Below, piece by piece: positions 38,840-50,058 of a DNA stretch of 64,000 nucleotides (its first letter is position 1; the number at the start of each line of letters is the position of its first letter). The stretch is taken from the NCBI GenBank assembly GCA_963752285.1, contig CAVVXN010000005.1:672001-736000 (forward strand). Reading direction: 5' to 3'. This stretch comes from an uncultured Planctomycetota bacterium (GTDB taxonomy: Bacteria; Planctomycetota; PLA2; JAEUHO01). The notes beneath the pieces were generated by a model, which saw nothing but the letters and a program-made list of their open reading frames with translations, had not been told where the DNA came from and searched no databases. The position numbers and the translations under genes were made by a program.

Positions 38840-40053
38840 CGACACACGCGTACTTCGACGCGCCGGCGGGGATCGCGGGCGACATGTGTCTCGGCGCGCT
38901 CGTGGACGCCGGGTGGCCGCTCGAGCGGCTTCGCGAGGTCGTGCGCGCGCTCGACCTCGCCGACGTCGAGGTCGAGGCGCGACGCACGCGGCGCGGCCCG
39001 CTCGCCGCCACGAAGGTGGACGTGCTCTGCCACGGCCACGTGGCCGACCAGAGCCCGCACCGCCACGACGACGCGGACCCCGTGACCCTCGCCCGCGTCA
39101 CGGGGCGGATCGAGCGCGCGTCGACGCTGCCCGAGGCCGCGCGCGCCGGCGCCGTCCGCGCGTTCGCCGCGCTCGCCGAGGCCGAGGGCCGCGTCCACGG
39201 CGAGACGGCCGACCGCGTGCACTTCCACGAGGTCGGGGCCGCCGACGCGCTCGTGGACGTCGTGGGGACCTGCACCGCCCTCGTGGACCTCGGCGTCGCC
39301 GAGGTGCGCGTCTCGCCGCTGCCCTTCGGCGGCGGGAGCGTCACCACCGCGCACGGTGCCCTCGCGCTCCCCGCGCCGGCGACGGTTGAGCTCCTCGCCG
39401 GACATCCGCTCGCACCGAGCGACGAGCGCCACGAGCAGGTGACGCCGACCGGCGCCGCGATCGTCAAGGCGCTCGCGAAGGGCCACACGGTCTGGCCGGG
39501 CTTCACCGTCCGGAGCGTGGGCGTGGGCGCGGGGGCGTTCGAGGGGGGACGTCTCCCGAACGCGGTCCGACTGCTCCTCGGGGACCTCTCGTGCGACACC
39601 CCGCCGGGCGACGCCGTGCTCCTCGAGGCGAACCTCGACGACGCGACCGGCCAGGAGATCGCGCGCGCCCTCGAGCACGCGCTCGAGGCCGGTGCGCTCG
39701 ACGCCTGGGCGACGCCGATCGTGATGAAGAAGGGTCGGCCGGGCACCGTCGTGTCGGTGCTCGCCCGACCGGAGGACGTCGCCCGCCTGGAGTCGCTGCT
39801 CTTCGTCGAGACGCCGACGCTCGGCGTCCGGCGCCGCGCCGTCGAGCGGACGGTTCTCGCCCGCCGCCACGAGATCGTCTCGACGCCCTACGGCGACGTC
39901 CGCATGAAGGTGCGCGAGACGCCCGCGGGGCCCGCGGCGACGCCCGAGTACGAAGACGCGCGCCGGCGGGCCGACGAGCGTCGGGTCCCGCTCCGGGACG
40001 TACTCGACGCCGCCCGCGTCGCGTGGCGGGCGCGCACGGGGCGCGACGCCTGA
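38836..40053 (+). CDS. larC: Nickel-pincer cofactor nickel insertase LarC
   Basis: GIAGDMCLGAL, VHFHEVGAADA, PAPAT, TPTGAA, EANLDD, MKKGRPG, PEYED; GTGA overlap. Confidence 0.93.
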   Translation: MTTHAYFDAPAGIAGDMCLGALVDAGWPLERLREVVRALDLADVEVEARRTRRGPLAATKVDVLCHGHVADQSPHRHDDADPVTLARVTGRIERASTLPEAARAGAVRAFAALAEAEGRVHGETADRVHFHEVGAADALVDVVGTCTALVDLGVAEVRVSPLPFGGGSVTTAHGALALPAPATVELLAGHPLAPSDERHEQVTPTGAAIVKALAKGHTVWPGFTVRSVGVGAGAFEGGRLPNAVRLLLGDLSCDTPPGDAVLLEANLDDATGQEIARALEHALEAGALDAWATPIVMKKGRPGTVVSVLARPEDVARLESLLFVETPTLGVRRRAVERTVLARRHEIVSTPYGDVRMKVRETPAGPAATPEYEDARRRADERRVPLRDVLDAARVAWRARTGRDA

Positions 40054-40056
40054 GGC

Positions 40057-41157
40057 TCAGGCGCCGGGGCCTGCCGCGCAGGCGTCGAGGGTGCGGCCGA
40101 GGCCCTCGAGGGCGCGGGTGAGGGGCTCGTCCTCGAGTAGGAACGAGATCCGGATCGCGTGCGGGAGCTGAAAGAAGCGGCCGGGGACCACGCGCACGCG
40201 TTCCTCGTCCCACGCGTGGCGCGCGACGACCTCGCCGTCGAGGGGCGAACCGGCGGCGCCCAGGCGGAGGAGCCCCGTGAACCCCGCGTCGGGGCGCCGC
40301 CACGCGACGTCCTCGCGTCCCGTCACCCACGCGTCCACGCGCGCGATCTGGCGCGCGGCGAGGTCCCGGACCTCGGCGAGCCGTCGGTCGGCGTGCGGGA
40401 GGAACGCGAGGGCCTCGGCGATCGGGGCCGGAGGGTGGGTGGGGCACACCACGTCGTCCCAGCGTTCGACCGCGGCCACGAGCGCGGGGTGGCCCGCGAC
40501 CCACCCGCCGCGGAGGTCGTAGAGGCCGTACGACTTCGTGAGGCTGTTCGTCGAGAGGACCCGCGGATGCGCGCGGGCGGCGGTCGGCCGGTCGGTCGGG
40601 TCGAGCTCGAGGTAGACCTCGTCCACGAGGACGACCGCGTCGTGGGACTCCGCCACGGCGATCAGGAGCGCGAGGTCGTCCGGGTGGAGGCGGAGCCCGC
40701 TCGGGTTGTGGAGGTCCGTCACGACGAGGAGCCGCGCGCCGGGCAGGACCGCCCGCTCGAGGCTCGCCCGGTCGATCCGCGCACCCGACTCGATCGGCCG
40801 CTCGTACGTGGCGAGCGTCGCGCCGACCGCCCCGGCCACGCCGTGGAGCGGGTCGTAGCCGGGCGACTCGACCACGACCCGGCCCCCGCGCGCGAGCGCG
40901 AGGTACACGAGGAAGTTCGCGTGGGAGGTCCCGATCGTCGGGTAGACGCCCTCGGGCGGCAGCCCCAGTCGTCCCGCGAGCGCCTCCCGCCAGCGGGCGC
41001 GGAGATCGCCCGTCTCGGCGGGCCCGGGCCCGAGCCCGGGGTAGACCTCCCGGCTGGGGCGGCCGGCGCCCGAGAGCCCGAGGCTCAGGGGGTCCGTACG
41101 CGGCAGGAACGCCTTGGCCCAGCGGAGATAGGGCGACGGAGCGCCGTCGGCGGTCAT
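40057..41157 (-). CDS. PLP-dependent class I/II aminotransferase-like protein
   Basis: HNPSG, VDEVY, SLTKSYGLYDLRGGW. Confidence 0.88.
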   Translation of the reverse strand: MTADGAPSPYLRWAKAFLPRTDPLSLGLSGAGRPSREVYPGLGPGPAETGDLRARWREALAGRLGLPPEGVYPTIGTSHANFLVYLALARGGRVVVESPGYDPLHGVAGAVGATLATYERPIESGARIDRASLERAVLPGARLLVVTDLHNPSGLRLHPDDLALLIAVAESHDAVVLVDEVYLELDPTDRPTAARAHPRVLSTNSLTKSYGLYDLRGGWVAGHPALVAAVERWDDVVCPTHPPAPIAEALAFLPHADRRLAEVRDLAARQIARVDAWVTGREDVAWRRPDAGFTGLLRLGAAGSPLDGEVVARHAWDEERVRVVPGRFFQLPHAIRISFLLEDEPLTRALEGLGRTLDACAAGPGA

Positions 41158-41237
41158 GGGTACCCTCCGGGCAGATCGACGGACCCGGCGTACCCCACCG
41201 CGCCGCGAGGGTCAATCGGTCGGTCCGGAGGACAGCC

Positions 41238-42550
41238 ATGGGCGCTCGCTCGGTCCTGGGTCTCGTCACCTTCCTCGCCCTCGCGTGCGGCGCCGTGCCC
41301 GCGCGGGGCGACGTGCCCGCCGAGCCCGCGCCCCGGGCGGCGCCGAAGGACACCCCCGCGGTCGTAGAGGAGGAGCCCGCGCTCGCCGAGGTCACGGGCG
41401 ATCGCGTGAATCTCCGGGTGGGCCCGCGCCTGGACAGCCACCCGGTCGCCGCGCTCGAGCGCGGCACGGTCGTCGAAATCGTCGAGGAGGTGCCCGGCTG
41501 GGTGGGGGTCCGGGTGCCGCAGGGATTCCCCGTGGCCGTGTCCATGGACTACGTCGTGCCCGAGGGCGCGAACGGTCTCCGGGTGATGGCGAGACGACTC
41601 AACCTGAGGGTCTCGCCGCCCGAGCGGGGCGCGCCGCCGCCCGGCATCTTCCGCGACCATCCCGCGCTGGGAGAGGTCCTGACGCTCATCGACGTCGCCG
41701 ACCCTCCGCCCCCGGAGGCGGACGAGGGGCCGGGGCCCCTTCCGGAGCCGCGCCCGTTCGGCGGGCGCTGGGCCTGGGTCGTGGCGCCGGAGGGCGTCCG
41801 CGCGTATCTGAGCGACGACCTCGTGCGCCGCCTCGAGAGGTCGCCCGACGCGCTCGCGCGCGTCGCGGCCGAACGCACCCGCCGCGGGGACGACGCGAAG
41901 CGCCTCGCCCAGGCGCGGGCGATGCTCGCCGCGAAGGACGCCGCGGCGCGGCTCATGGAGACCGTGGGCGAGATCCAGCAGGACCTCTACCACCTCCGTC
42001 AGGTGGGCGGGAACGACAAGGCGCCCATCGTCGATCTCGCGAACCGTCTCGACGCCGAGCTCCAGAAGGAGGGGGACGCGTCGAGCCCCGTCCTGCGCCT
42101 GGCCCTGGCGCTTCGCAGCGACCTCGAGCGCGAGATCGAGCTCCGCGTGGCACGGAACGACGCCGAGCTCGCGAAGGCGATGGGACGCGAGCCGAACGGC
42201 GTGCCCGCGCTCGAGAAGGTGATGGACCCCTTCGAGGCGGTCGGCCTCCTGCGCTACGAGCCGACGCCCGGGTGGAAGGAGGACGGCGTCTTCTTCCTCT
42301 GGTTGGAGGGGAAGCCGGCGTACGCCCTCCGGCTGACGGTGGGGGGGACCTGCCCCATCTGAAGCTCGAGGAGTTTGCGGACGGCGCCGAGCACCTGGTC
42401 GAGGGCGCGCTCCCCGGGGAACGCCTCTTCGGTCTCCCCGTGATCGACGTCCGGCACGTGAAGACGCCCCCGCCCTCCCCTCCCGAGCACGGCGCGTCCG
42501 CGGCGGCAAATTCGGTCCGACCGCTTGTGTCCGGGACCCCAGGGCGGTAG
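41238..42550 (+). CDS. Secreted SH3-domain/coiled-coil protein, apparently frameshifted at G7 (first frame stops at 42362)
   Basis: Signal peptide; VTGDRVNLRVGP and LNLRVSP SH3b-like motifs; coding-like continuation in the -1 frame to 42550. Confidence 0.7.
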
Positions 42551-42598
42551 AAGACCTCGCTCGCGCGGCGGCCGACCGCCGCAGAAGGGACGGGGGTC

Positions 42599-43057
42599 AT
42601 GAACGAAGAACGTGGCGTTTCTCGCCGCAGCAGGCCCGCGGCCGTGGTTTCGGTCGCGATTCTCCTCGTGGTCGCGTGCGGGGCCATCGGGTACCTGCTC
42701 CTTCCGGGCGCCCTGGCGGGGACGGGGACCGACCCCTGGGCGACGTACGCGCCCACGCCCACCGACAAGCCCGTCTACCAGCTCACCTCGGAGATCGTCG
42801 AGTCCGCGGCGAAGCGGCTCAAGACCCCCGGCGTCTTGCCGGACGAGGTCGAGGCGATCGGGAAGGTGCTCCACGAGCTGTCGGTGTGCCTCAACGCGCC
42901 CCACAAGAAGGTGGACACCCAGGACCCGACGAAGTCGAACCCGCAGCACGCGTACCCGCTCCTCGTGGCGACGTGCCAGAAGGCGGCCGTGGCCGACAAC
43001 GCCCCGAAGTGGCTCGAACTTCTGAGCGCGGACTACCTGATGCACGGGCACGACTGA
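42599..43057 (+). CDS. Single-TM hypothetical protein
   Basis: N-terminal TM; balanced composition unlike shadow ORFs. Confidence 0.7.
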   Translation: MNEERGVSRRSRPAAVVSVAILLVVACGAIGYLLLPGALAGTGTDPWATYAPTPTDKPVYQLTSEIVESAAKRLKTPGVLPDEVEAIGKVLHELSVCLNAPHKKVDTQDPTKSNPQHAYPLLVATCQKAAVADNAPKWLELLSADYLMHGHD

Positions 43058-43076
43058 CCGCGGAGGTCGGCCGAGA

Positions 43077-46000
43077 TCAGTGCGCGGGGGAACGCGAGGG
43101 CCTAGGCCCCCCGGCGGTCAGCGACGTGCGGCCCGCCTCGAGGTGTGCGATCCACGGGGGCAGGTGCGCCTCGGTCGCGGACCCGTCGTCGGGCCGCGCC
43201 ACCAGTCGGCGGGCGATCGCGCGGTGCTCGGGTTGTCGCTCCCCGAGGCGACCCGCCGCGAAGGGGCGCGCGACGCGCTCGAGGAGCTCGGGGGTGGGGC
43301 TCGACCCGAGGACGCTCCGGGCCGCCACGATGGCGTCGGCGATCTCCCGCGCGACCTCGCCGCCTTCCTCCAGTGTCCGGAGGAGATCCGAGACGCCCGT
43401 CAGGTCGAGGCAGTCGCAACCGAAGACGCGCGCCTCGAGCAACAGGAGCGCGAATCGGGTCGCGCGCAGCGGCGTCGGCGGGCGCTGGAGGACCGCCGGG
43501 ACGGCCGCCTCGAGCAGCGCCGCCGCGTCGTCCGCGTGGCCGGAGACCGTCTCGTAGAGCGACAGCGCCGCCTGGGCCAGCGTCCTCTCGCTCGGGTCCG
43601 AGGCCCGCGCGGCGCGCATCTCGAACGCGGTCCGGCAACGCGCCGTCTTCGCCGCCTCGCCCGCGCTCGCGGCGAGGTGGAGACCCCACAGGTACGGACC
43701 CGCCGTCGCGTACGAGGCGGTCGCGCGGTCGAGCGTCGCGAGCGCGAGATCGCTCTCCTCCCGCGCGTCCTCGTGACGGCCGAGCGAGAGGAGCGCGCGC
43801 GAGCGGAAGGAGCGAACGCACGCGGCGAGCACGTGTGCGCCCGCCTCCTCCATCTCGCCGATCGAGCGGGCGTGGACCTCGGCCGCGGCGAGTGCGTCGC
43901 CTTGCGCGAGCGCCGTGACGCCGGCCATGGCGCGGCTCACGGCCGCGTTGATGGGCTGGAATGCCGCCTCGCAGAGGCGCGCCGCCTCCTCGTAGCGCGA
44001 ACGCGCCTCGACGTGGTCGAGCCGCTCCGCCGCCAGCGCGCCGAGCTCGTGGACCACCGTGGGTCGGATGCGCGACGACCCGTTCTCGGTGTGGATGCGG
44101 AGCGCGGCCTCCAACGCTTCGGTCGCGTCCCGAAGTCGCCCTTCCCACTTCCAGTGTTCGGCCATGAGGTAGTGCGCGCGGGCCTGGGCGCGCCAGTCGT
44201 TCGTGCGCGGGAGGGCCTCCTTCAGGCACGCCGTGTCCACGGCCGACGGACCGACCTGGTAGGCCTCGAGGTCCTGGGCCCAGATCGCGTGCGTCGCAAA
44301 GAGCGTGTCGTCCCCGAGGGCCAGAGCGGCCGCACCGACACGGCCGAGCAGGGCGCGGGCCTCGTCCATCCGGTCCACGTCCTCGAGCGCGCCCGCGATT
44401 CGAAAGAGGAACGCGGAGGACGCATGGACGCGCTCCGGTCCGAGGTCCGCATCGAGGAGACCGGCGAGCTTCGCGAGCTCGATGGCGCGCAGGTGCTCCT
44501 GACGTCCGGTGGCGGCGAGCGCCGCCTTCTCGAGGTGCGCCGCCGCGCGGACCGGCTCCCCCGCCGCGACCCAGTGGCGGCCGAGGCGTTCGTGGTCCAC
44601 GTCCGAGAGGTCGGCGCGGCCCTCGAGGCGCGTCGCGTACTGCGCGTGGTAGGCCGTGCGGAGCGCGGGGGCGACCCGGTCGTAGATCGCGTCCCGGAGC
44701 AGGGCGTGGTCGAAGCGGTACGCGTCGCGCTCGGGGCGGAGGAGCTCGCGATCGCGACACAGGCGTTGGAGCGAACGCAGGACCCGAAGCAGCGGCTGCT
44801 CGAGCACGTCGGCGACGTCCTCGCCGCGGAAGTCCAGCCCGGCCACGGCCGCCGCCTCGAGCAGGTCGTGATCGGTCTGCGGCAGGCCGGCCAGCCGGGC
44901 CGACACGAGCTCCTGGAGACGGAGGGGCAGACCCGACGTGGCGAGCGGCATCGCCAGGCGGAGCGTGGCGTCCTCGAGGCGGACGACGCCCTCGTCGCGG
45001 AGGTGGCGAACGTACTCGACCAGGAGGTACGGCACGCCCTCCGTGCGCGACCAGAGGGTCCGGCGGAGCTCCGGGGGGAGTCTCTCGGCGCCCAGGACGT
45101 GCGACGCGAGGTCCATGGCGCCGCGCTTCGAGAGCGGTCCGACGGGTACGTGCTCGACCTCCTCGGACGCGGCGAGACGGGCCAGCCCCGCGGGATCCGT
45201 AGATCCGCTCTCGGACGCGTCGAGGTCGTGGGTGCGGAGCGCGAGCACGACGAGCACGGGGAGCTTCTCGAGCCGAGGGAGGAGCCCACGGAGAAGCCGC
45301 ACGCCGTCGGCGTCGCAGCACTGGAGGTCTTCGAGGGTGAAGATCGCGGGGCGCGACCGCGTGACGGCGCGGAGGAGCGTGTCGATCGCCCACGTGGTCT
45401 GCTGCGCGCCTCCCTCGGTCGTGCCGCCGAGGAAGCGGGACAGGGGCTCGGCCGCGGCGCCGAACGTAGCCTCGTCGATCGAGACGCGGGTCTCCGAGTA
45501 CGCGCTCGCCGAGGGATCGGTCGCCTCCCGGACCGCCTCGACGAGTGCGTGCTGGAGCCCGCCGACCGGAGAGACCCGCGCCGCGAGGTGGAACGCACGA
45601 CCGCGCCGCGCCTCGGCGACGACGTCTTCCAGGAGCAGGGACTTGCCGATGCCCTCCGGGCCCGAGAGGAGGAGGGCCTTCCCGTGGCCGCTCCGGGCCT
45701 CGCTCCAGCGGGCATGGAGTCGCTCCCGTTCGGCCTCGCGCCCGATCACCTCCACACGCGACTCGTCGGGCGCGGGGACGGGCCGGGGCGCCGGCTCGGC
45801 CGTGCGATGCGAGCGCGCACCGTCCAGGATCTCCAGGATCGCGCCGCACGACCCGAAGCGGGTCGCCGGGTCCTTCTTGAGGCATCCGCCCACGACGGAG
45901 GCGAGATCCGCGGGCGTCCCTTCCGGGAGGGGGGCCGGTAGCATCGCGGCGATCGCGTTGAAGAGCGCCGGGAGCGACTGGCCCTGGAACGGCAGCGAAC

Positions 46001-46643
46001 CCGCGATCATCCAGTGAAGCAGGACGCCCACGCTCCAGATGTCGCTCTGGGGCCGGGCCTCCTGGCCGAACAGGATCTCGGGCGCCACGTAGTACGGCGT
46101 GCCCACGATGGTGCCCCGCGAGCTGTCGGCCAGGCTTCGTTCGCTGAGCTCGCGTCCGAAGCCGAAGTCGGTGAGCTTCGCGACCCCGTCCTCGCCGAGG
46201 AGGACGTTCTCCGGCTTGACGTCGCGGTGCACGACGAGGTGCCCGTGTGCGGCATCGAGCCCGGTCAGCACGCCGGTGAGGATCCGGCGCGTCTCCTCCG
46301 CCGAGAACGGGCCCTCTGCTCGGACGCGGTCCGCGAGGTTCCCCCCTTCGACCAGCTCCAGCTCGAGCATCCAGGTGCCGGCGTGGTCGGGGTGGACGCG
46401 GTACAGGGTCACGACGTGAGCGCTCTTGAGCACGCCGAGCACCCGGAGCTCGCGCTGCGCGCGGCGTCGGGAGTCTTCGTCCTTTCCCACGCCGGTCAGG
46501 ACCTTCAGCGCGACGTTGCGGCCGATGACCTCGTCGTACGCGCGGAAGACGCGGCTGAACGCGCCCCGGCCGATCTCGGGACCCACCACGAGGTCGCCGA
46601 CGCGCGAACCCTCGTGAAGCGTCTGGAGATCCCCGTCGTCCAC
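43077..46643 (-). CDS. Ser/Thr protein kinase with AAA/STAND-like ATPase and TPR-like repeats
   Basis: IGRGAFS, VALK, HRDVKPEN, DFG, GTPYYVAPE; Walker A GPEGIGKS; LEDLQ; helical C-terminus. Confidence 0.92.
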   Translation of the reverse strand: MDDGDLQTLHEGSRVGDLVVGPEIGRGAFSRVFRAYDEVIGRNVALKVLTGVGKDEDSRRRAQRELRVLGVLKSAHVVTLYRVHPDHAGTWMLELELVEGGNLADRVRAEGPFSAEETRRILTGVLTGLDAAHGHLVVHRDVKPENVLLGEDGVAKLTDFGFGRELSERSLADSSRGTIVGTPYYVAPEILFGQEARPQSDIWSVGVLLHWMIAGSLPFQGQSLPALFNAIAAMLPAPLPEGTPADLASVVGGCLKKDPATRFGSCGAILEILDGARSHRTAEPAPRPVPAPDESRVEVIGREAERERLHARWSEARSGHGKALLLSGPEGIGKSLLLEDVVAEARRGRAFHLAARVSPVGGLQHALVEAVREATDPSASAYSETRVSIDEATFGAAAEPLSRFLGGTTEGGAQQTTWAIDTLLRAVTRSRPAIFTLEDLQCCDADGVRLLRGLLPRLEKLPVLVVLALRTHDLDASESGSTDPAGLARLAASEEVEHVPVGPLSKRGAMDLASHVLGAERLPPELRRTLWSRTEGVPYLLVEYVRHLRDEGVVRLEDATLRLAMPLATSGLPLRLQELVSARLAGLPQTDHDLLEAAAVAGLDFRGEDVADVLEQPLLRVLRSLQRLCRDRELLRPERDAYRFDHALLRDAIYDRVAPALRTAYHAQYATRLEGRADLSDVDHERLGRHWVAAGEPVRAAAHLEKAALAATGRQEHLRAIELAKLAGLLDADLGPERVHASSAFLFRIAGALEDVDRMDEARALLGRVGAAALALGDDTLFATHAIWAQDLEAYQVGPSAVDTACLKEALPRTNDWRAQARAHYLMAEHWKWEGRLRDATEALEAALRIHTENGSSRIRPTVVHELGALAAERLDHVEARSRYEEAARLCEAAFQPINAAVSRAMAGVTALAQGDALAAAEVHARSIGEMEEAGAHVLAACVRSFRSRALLSLGRHEDAREESDLALATLDRATASYATAGPYLWGLHLAASAGEAAKTARCRTAFEMRAARASDPSERTLAQAALSLYETVSGHADDAAALLEAAVPAVLQRPPTPLRATRFALLLLEARVFGCDCLDLTGVSDLLRTLEEGGEVAREIADAIVAARSVLGSSPTPELLERVARPFAAGRLGERQPEHRAIARRLVARPDDGSATEAHLPPWIAHLEAGRTSLTAGGPRPSRSPAH

Positions 46644-47124
46644 GCCTGCCTCCCGGACCCGCGATCCGCCGATTCTACGGATTCGGCGGCGGACCGTGGG
46701 TTCCATATCGCCGACGGTCCGCGCCGGGATGGGGGAAGGATCTGCCCGGCAGAACACCTCGCGCGCCGCGTCGGGTCGCGGCGAGCACTCCGTCGGCGGT
46801 CGCGCCCGGCCGGCTTCGCACCGCGAGGCGGGTCAGGACCGTGGAGGCCATGGACGCGGAAGGCCTTCTCGCGCAAACCGAGGCCCCCCGATCCAGGGCG
46901 TGGGCGCCGGTCCGTGGTCGTGCTCGATCGGCGCCGGGAGCGGGCGCACCGTCTCCGGCTCGGGATCCGGGCCGGCCCGCCCGGACCCTCTACCGCGCGA
47001 CGTGCTCGATGCGCGGCGCGAGGGACCCGCGCGTCGTGGCGGATCCAAGCTCACGATTGCCCCGCCCGGGGAACCTGGCGTGCCGAGGGCCGCGTGATGT
47101 ACGGCGGTTCATGGGTTGTGCGCG

Positions 47125-48681
47125 CTAGATGGCGCGGTGGACGTCGCCGTCGCGGTAGCGGATCTGGTAGAGGTCCGTGCGACGGTCCTTCCAGTTCTGC
47201 ACCGTGCCGGCGTACCGGTGGCGGCGCATCGACTCGAGGTCCACGTCGTGGAGGATCATCGTCTCGATGTTCGCCGTGCATTCCGCCGCGATGGCGTCGC
47301 GGTCGTAGGGGACGTCGGACGGCGTGTAGATGCCCGACTGCGCGTAGTGGATGTCGGCGTTCTCCACGAACGGGAGGTTTCCCACGCAGCCCGAGATGGC
47401 CACGTAGATCTCGTTTTCGATCGCGCGCGCCTGGGCGCAGGTCCGGACGCGGAGATACGCCGAGCGTTCGTCCGTGTTGAAGGGGACGAAGATCAGCTCC
47501 GCGCCGCGTCGGACCGCGATGCGCGCGAGCTCGGGGAACTCGATGTCGTAGCAGACCAGGATCGCTACGCGCCCCCGGTCGGTCTCGAAGATCTCGAGAC
47601 GGTCGCCCGGCTCGACGCCCCACCACTTCCGCTCGCTGGGGGTCACGTGGAGCTTCGCCTGCCGCCCGAGGGTCCCGTCGCGACGGAACAGGTACGCGAC
47701 GTTCAGGAGTCGGTCGCCCTCCAGCGCGAACTGGGAGCCGCCGACGATGTTCACGTTGAACTTGATCGAGAGCTCGCGGAACAGCTCGAGGTAACGGGGC
47801 GTGAGCTCCGCGAGCTTCCGGGCGGCGAGGCCGGGTCGCTCGGCGGGGAGGAACGAGAGGAGCTGCGTCGTGAAGAGCTCGGGGAACACGACGAAGTCGG
47901 CCTTGTAGTCGCCGGCCGTGTCCACGAAGAATTCGCACTGCGTGGCGAACTCGTCGAAGTCCTTGATGGCCCGGAGCTGGTACTGCACCACGGCGAGGCG
48001 CGCGAGGGACACCGTCCGGATGTGTCGGTGGGGACGGGGGACGTGGTCGAGGTTCACCCACTCGAGGAACGTCGCGTAGCCGCGCGAGCTCGTGTCCGAG
48101 GGCAGGTAGTTCGGGATGAGGCCCTTCAGCACGAAGCCGTTCGCGACCTGGGCGGTCAGCACCGGGTCGTGGATGGCCTTCCGCATGACCGCCTCTACGT
48201 ACTCGCGCGGGCTCAGCCCGTCCGCGTGGGCCCCGTAGCCCGGGATCCGCCCGGCGATGATGATCCGGGCGAGGTTCCTCTCGCGTGCGATCCGCTTGCG
48301 CACGTCGTAGAGGCGGCGGGACAGGCGCAGGCCCCGGCACTCGGGGTGCACCATGATCTCGATGCCGTAGAGCGTGTCCCCGTCCGGCTCGTGGTTCCGG
48401 ATGTAGCCGCCGTCTGCGATCTCCTTCCAGTCGTGCCACGCCGAGTACGCGTCGAAGTCCACGATCAGCGAGCTGGCGGACGCGACGACCTCGTCCTCGT
48501 ACTCGACGCAGATCTGCCCCTCGGGGAAGTGCTCGATCTGGCTCTCGATCTGCTCACGGCTCCACGTGGCCATCCCGGGGAAGCAGAGCTGCTGCATCTC
48601 CACGAGGGCCTCGTAGTCGTCGATGCGGATGGGGCGGACCCGGATGTGGGTCTCGAAGTCCTCGAGGTTGATGCGCTTCAT
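47125..48681 (-). CDS. GNAT / carbon-nitrogen hydrolase (nitrilase superfamily) fusion
   Basis: [19 protein letters not shown]; triad [17 protein letters not shown]. Confidence 0.92.
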   Translation of the reverse strand: MKRINLEDFETHIRVRPIRIDDYEALVEMQQLCFPGMATWSREQIESQIEHFPEGQICVEYEDEVVASASSLIVDFDAYSAWHDWKEIADGGYIRNHEPDGDTLYGIEIMVHPECRGLRLSRRLYDVRKRIARERNLARIIIAGRIPGYGAHADGLSPREYVEAVMRKAIHDPVLTAQVANGFVLKGLIPNYLPSDTSSRGYATFLEWVNLDHVPRPHRHIRTVSLARLAVVQYQLRAIKDFDEFATQCEFFVDTAGDYKADFVVFPELFTTQLLSFLPAERPGLAARKLAELTPRYLELFRELSIKFNVNIVGGSQFALEGDRLLNVAYLFRRDGTLGRQAKLHVTPSERKWWGVEPGDRLEIFETDRGRVAILVCYDIEFPELARIAVRRGAELIFVPFNTDERSAYLRVRTCAQARAIENEIYVAISGCVGNLPFVENADIHYAQSGIYTPSDVPYDRDAIAAECTANIETMILHDVDLESMRRHRYAGTVQNWKDRRTDLYQIRYRDGDVHRAI

Positions 48682-48691
48682 GTGTCTCGCA

Positions 48692-49921
48692 TTATCGCAT
48701 CCGGTCCTCGGCGCGGCGAACGCGCGCCGCCTGGGCGTCGCGGGCCTCTCGGCTCCCGAGGACCCCGTCCGGGTCGGCCGCCACGCGGGCGCGCCAGCGA
48801 TCCTCTCCGGCCTGGTAGCGCGTGCAAAACGCGTTCGCGAAGGCCTCGAACGTGCCCGCCTCGACCGCGGCCCGGGCGCGCCGGACGAGATCCACGTAGA
48901 AGGTCACGTTGTGGAGCGTCCCGAGCGTCGTGGCGGTGTGCTCGCCGACGGCGAACAGGTGCCGGAGCCAGGCGCGCGAGCAGCGCCGGCACACCTCGCA
49001 GGGACACGCGTCATCGAGGGGCGCCTCGCTCTCCTGGTGGTCCGTCGCGGCGATCCGGACGACGCCGTCTCGCGTGAAGAGGTGCCCGCGCCGGCCGAGG
49101 CGCGTCGGGAGGACGCAGTCGAAGAGGTCGAGGCCCAGCGCGATGCCCTCGAGGATCTCCGGCGGCGTGCCGACGCCCATCAGGTAGCGCGGTCGGTCGG
49201 CGGGCAGCGCGGGGATCGTGGCGAGGAGCGTGTCGCGCCGCGCCGCCCGTCTCTCGCCGACCGCGAGCCCGCCGATGGCGTAGCCGGCGAGGTCGAGCGC
49301 CACGATCTCCCGGGCGCTCCGGGCGCGCACCTCGGGGTCGGTTCCGCCCTGCACGATCCCGAAGAGCGCCTGGTCGTCGCGCGTCTGCGCCGCGCGGCAG
49401 GCGCGCGCCCAGCGCGTGGTCCTCGCGGCCGCCGCCTCGAGGTCGTCCCGGGAGGCCGGCAGGGCGAGGCAGTGGTCGAAGGCCATGATCAAGTCCGCAC
49501 CGAGGTCCTCCTGGATGCGGATCGACTCGGCGGGCCCGAGGAAGACCGGCTCCCCGTCGAGGTGGCTCCGGACGAGGACGCCGTCCTCCCGGACGCGGAC
49601 GAGCGCGCCGAGGGAGAAGACCTGGTAGCCGCCGCTGTCGGTGATCCACGGGCGGTCGAACGGAGTGAACCCGGCGAGACCCCCGAGGCGGCGCACCCGG
49701 TCCCCGCCGGGGCGGAGGTGGAGGTGGTACGCGTTGGCGAGGACCACCTCGGGGTCGATCGTGTCCACGTGGCCGGGCGCGAGGCCCTTCAGGGAGCCCC
49801 GCGTGGCGACCGGCATGAAGGCGGGGGTCCGGACCTCGCCGTGGGGCGTCGCGAAAACGCCCGCGCGGGCCGGGCCGTCGGTGGCGAGGACGCGGAAGCG
49901 GAGGTCGAGTCCGGGCGGCAC
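48692..49921 (-). CDS. tgt: tRNA-guanine transglycosylase
   Basis: [45 protein letters not shown], CxCxxC...H. Confidence 0.95.
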   Translation of the reverse strand: MPPGLDLRFRVLATDGPARAGVFATPHGEVRTPAFMPVATRGSLKGLAPGHVDTIDPEVVLANAYHLHLRPGGDRVRRLGGLAGFTPFDRPWITDSGGYQVFSLGALVRVREDGVLVRSHLDGEPVFLGPAESIRIQEDLGADLIMAFDHCLALPASRDDLEAAAARTTRWARACRAAQTRDDQALFGIVQGGTDPEVRARSAREIVALDLAGYAIGGLAVGERRAARRDTLLATIPALPADRPRYLMGVGTPPEILEGIALGLDLFDCVLPTRLGRRGHLFTRDGVVRIAATDHQESEAPLDDACPCEVCRRCSRAWLRHLFAVGEHTATTLGTLHNVTFYVDLVRRARAAVEAGTFEAFANAFCTRYQAGEDRWRARVAADPDGVLGSREARDAQAARVRRAEDRMR

Positions 49922-50058
49922 CGAGCCCTTGTATCCGGCCCCGGGCGGCGCCGACCTCAAGCCGCCCGGGCGTCCCGGTCGACGGGGAGGGCGTGGTCGG
50001 ACCGGATCCTGGCGGCTGGAAGCCCGTCCCGCTCGGATCGCGGGCGTTTTCGAACCCC

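Noticed and set aside
46696..47128. Short ORFs in the gap upstream of the Ser/Thr kinase
   Set aside because: Shadow-like composition and no motifs
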